Virus record (IMG/VR): IMGVR_UViG_3300002231_000542
Span: 1 to 64,000 of that record
Source of the DNA: an uncultured virus (IMG/VR IMGVR_UViG_3300002231_000542)
Lineage: Duplodnaviria; Heunggongvirae; Uroviricota; Caudoviricetes
Length of the DNA stretch: 64,000 nucleotides
Direction: 5' to 3' (one strand)
Shown here piece after piece: positions 62,860-64,000 of this stretch (its first letter is position 1; each line of letters opens with the position of its first letter). The notes under the pieces were generated by a model. The model was not told the origin of the DNA. It ran no database searches and saw nothing but the letters and a program-made list of their open reading frames with translations. The translations under genes and the position numbers were made by a program.

Positions 62860-63846
62860 TTACAGTGTAGCATCACCGTTTATGTTGGTGATTGTTATCT
62901 GGTCGGATTGATCATCTTTACCTAAGATAAAGGTGTACTTTTCAACCCTGTCTGAAGTCTCAATTCCAGGCTCCAGGGTAACTAACTTACACTCCTTCAC
63001 AGCTATAGTGGTTGTGTAGTATGTGGAGCCTGTGACTAGTACGTCAGATGTGAGTGTAAGAATAACTGATTGCTCAGTACTATTATCAAATGCTGACTTA
63101 ATAGCAGCTCTAGTAGCTTGAGATACTTCTACAGTAAAGTCACCTTGGATAGGTGTAACATCACCTGGAACAAACTTAGTAGGTGTGTTCTGAGAGATGT
63201 CACCATACTTAGCAGCAGTTCCTCTATTACCTGTGATAGAGAATGTAGACACGGGTACTGTGACCTCTGAGGCAAGTACTCCGATTTGGAATCCAATTTG
63301 GAAGTTATCAAACATCTTAGATGTAGCAATAGGTGCGAATGTTTCACCTGAAGCAGCCTCAGTGTAGTCCTTTGCCATCCAATCGTAATTCATAGTGATA
63401 ATTCCAGGAGCTTCTACTGTCAATGTAAATGAAGTGATAACTACTGAATTGAATGTAAACCATTTACCATCACTACCAACTTCTAAAGTCAAACCTTCTT
63501 CAAAGATGTCAACTTTATCAGCAGAAGTAGATGTAAGCTTATGCAAATGAGTATTTGCACCGACAACTGGTGTGTCTGCTGTAAAAGTATAATCACCAAA
63601 GAAGTGTTTCAATAGAATATCATGTTGTGAAGCAGAAAATTCTGTTTCTAATGTACCTGAGATATGGTAAAAGCCTTTACGACTTTCATTCTCGGAAGTG
63701 TTAGGATTTACCTGTGCTGATTTAATTGGTGTATCCTCGAATTGGTATGAACCGCCAGTAACACTAATCGAAAGTGTTGGAGTAACTGGAGTCCCCCATG
63801 CTGTTTGTGCTCCTAGTAAAGCACCATCTTGAATCTTAAAACTCAT
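62860..63846 (-). CDS. Major tail (tube) protein
   Basis: Q.AWGTPVTP N-terminus, SGTLETE...LLKHFFG, LTLEVG; lies upstream of the tape measure gene. Confidence 0.8.
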   Translation of the reverse strand: MSFKIQDGALLGAQTAWGTPVTPTLSISVTGGSYQFEDTPIKSAQVNPNTSENESRKGFYHISGTLETEFSASQHDILLKHFFGDYTFTADTPVVGANTHLHKLTSTSADKVDIFEEGLTLEVGSDGKWFTFNSVVITSFTLTVEAPGIITMNYDWMAKDYTEAASGETFAPIATSKMFDNFQIGFQIGVLASEVTVPVSTFSITGNRGTAAKYGDISQNTPTKFVPGDVTPIQGDFTVEVSQATRAAIKSAFDNSTEQSVILTLTSDVLVTGSTYYTTTIAVKECKLVTLEPGIETSDRVEKYTFILGKDDQSDQITITNINGDATL

Positions 63847-63870
63847 TATTATTCTCCTCTATTTAAAAAT

Positions 63871-64000
63871 TATTAAACATTTCCGTTATAGTTATAGAAA
63901 AATCTATACATAGCGTTACGTTGTCTAGTTCCACCTATATTAAATGCACCAACATCACTATCAGTTAATATATATCTTTCACCAACTAGAGATAATGTTG
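63871..64000 (-). CDS. 3' end of an upstream (tail completion?) gene, partial
   Basis: Open reading toward a stop just before the tail-tube RBS; position only. Confidence 0.3.

Noticed and set aside
1..64000. Prophage/integrase, IS elements, rRNA or host assignment
   Set aside because: No integrase, transposase, rRNA or bacterial housekeeping context is seen. Promoter and RBS style do not identify the host.

Overview
A 64-kb segment of an AT-rich, probably lytic tailed phage. Essentially all real genes are on the minus strand, and the + strand ORFs in the track are shadows. In transcription order (right to left) the window has four parts. (1) Tail and lysis module, ~47.1-64 kb: tail tube, tape measure, tail-tip, beta-helix and fibre proteins, M15A endolysin. 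(2) Replication, recombination and nucleotide module, ~12.7-47 kb: DnaB helicase, SNF2 helicase, radical SAM, class II RNR, HslV/proteasome-beta-like Ntn peptidase, primase, beta-clamp, N6-A methylase, RlaP-like NTase plus CCA-adding enzyme, PolA, DnaX, UvsY, SSB, RecA, resolvase, SbcCD, NAD-dependent ligase. It also holds several tRNAs and odd tRNA-like RNAs. (3) A 6.7-kb cassette bounded by a 93-bp promoter-bearing direct repeat, ~5.9-12.7 kb. It encodes an NAD+ salvage pair (NadM-Nudix + NAMPT) and a separately promoted four-gene ubiquitin-like conjugation operon: JAB/JAMM peptidase, E1/ThiF, a beta-grasp Ubl ending Gly-Gln, and a coiled-coil/E2-like protein. This operon is the most notable system in the window. 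(4) Small early/accessory genes at the left. About a dozen core genes are split by apparent +1 homopolymer errors, which I treat as assembly artefacts. All family calls come from motif recognition by eye; no searches were run.
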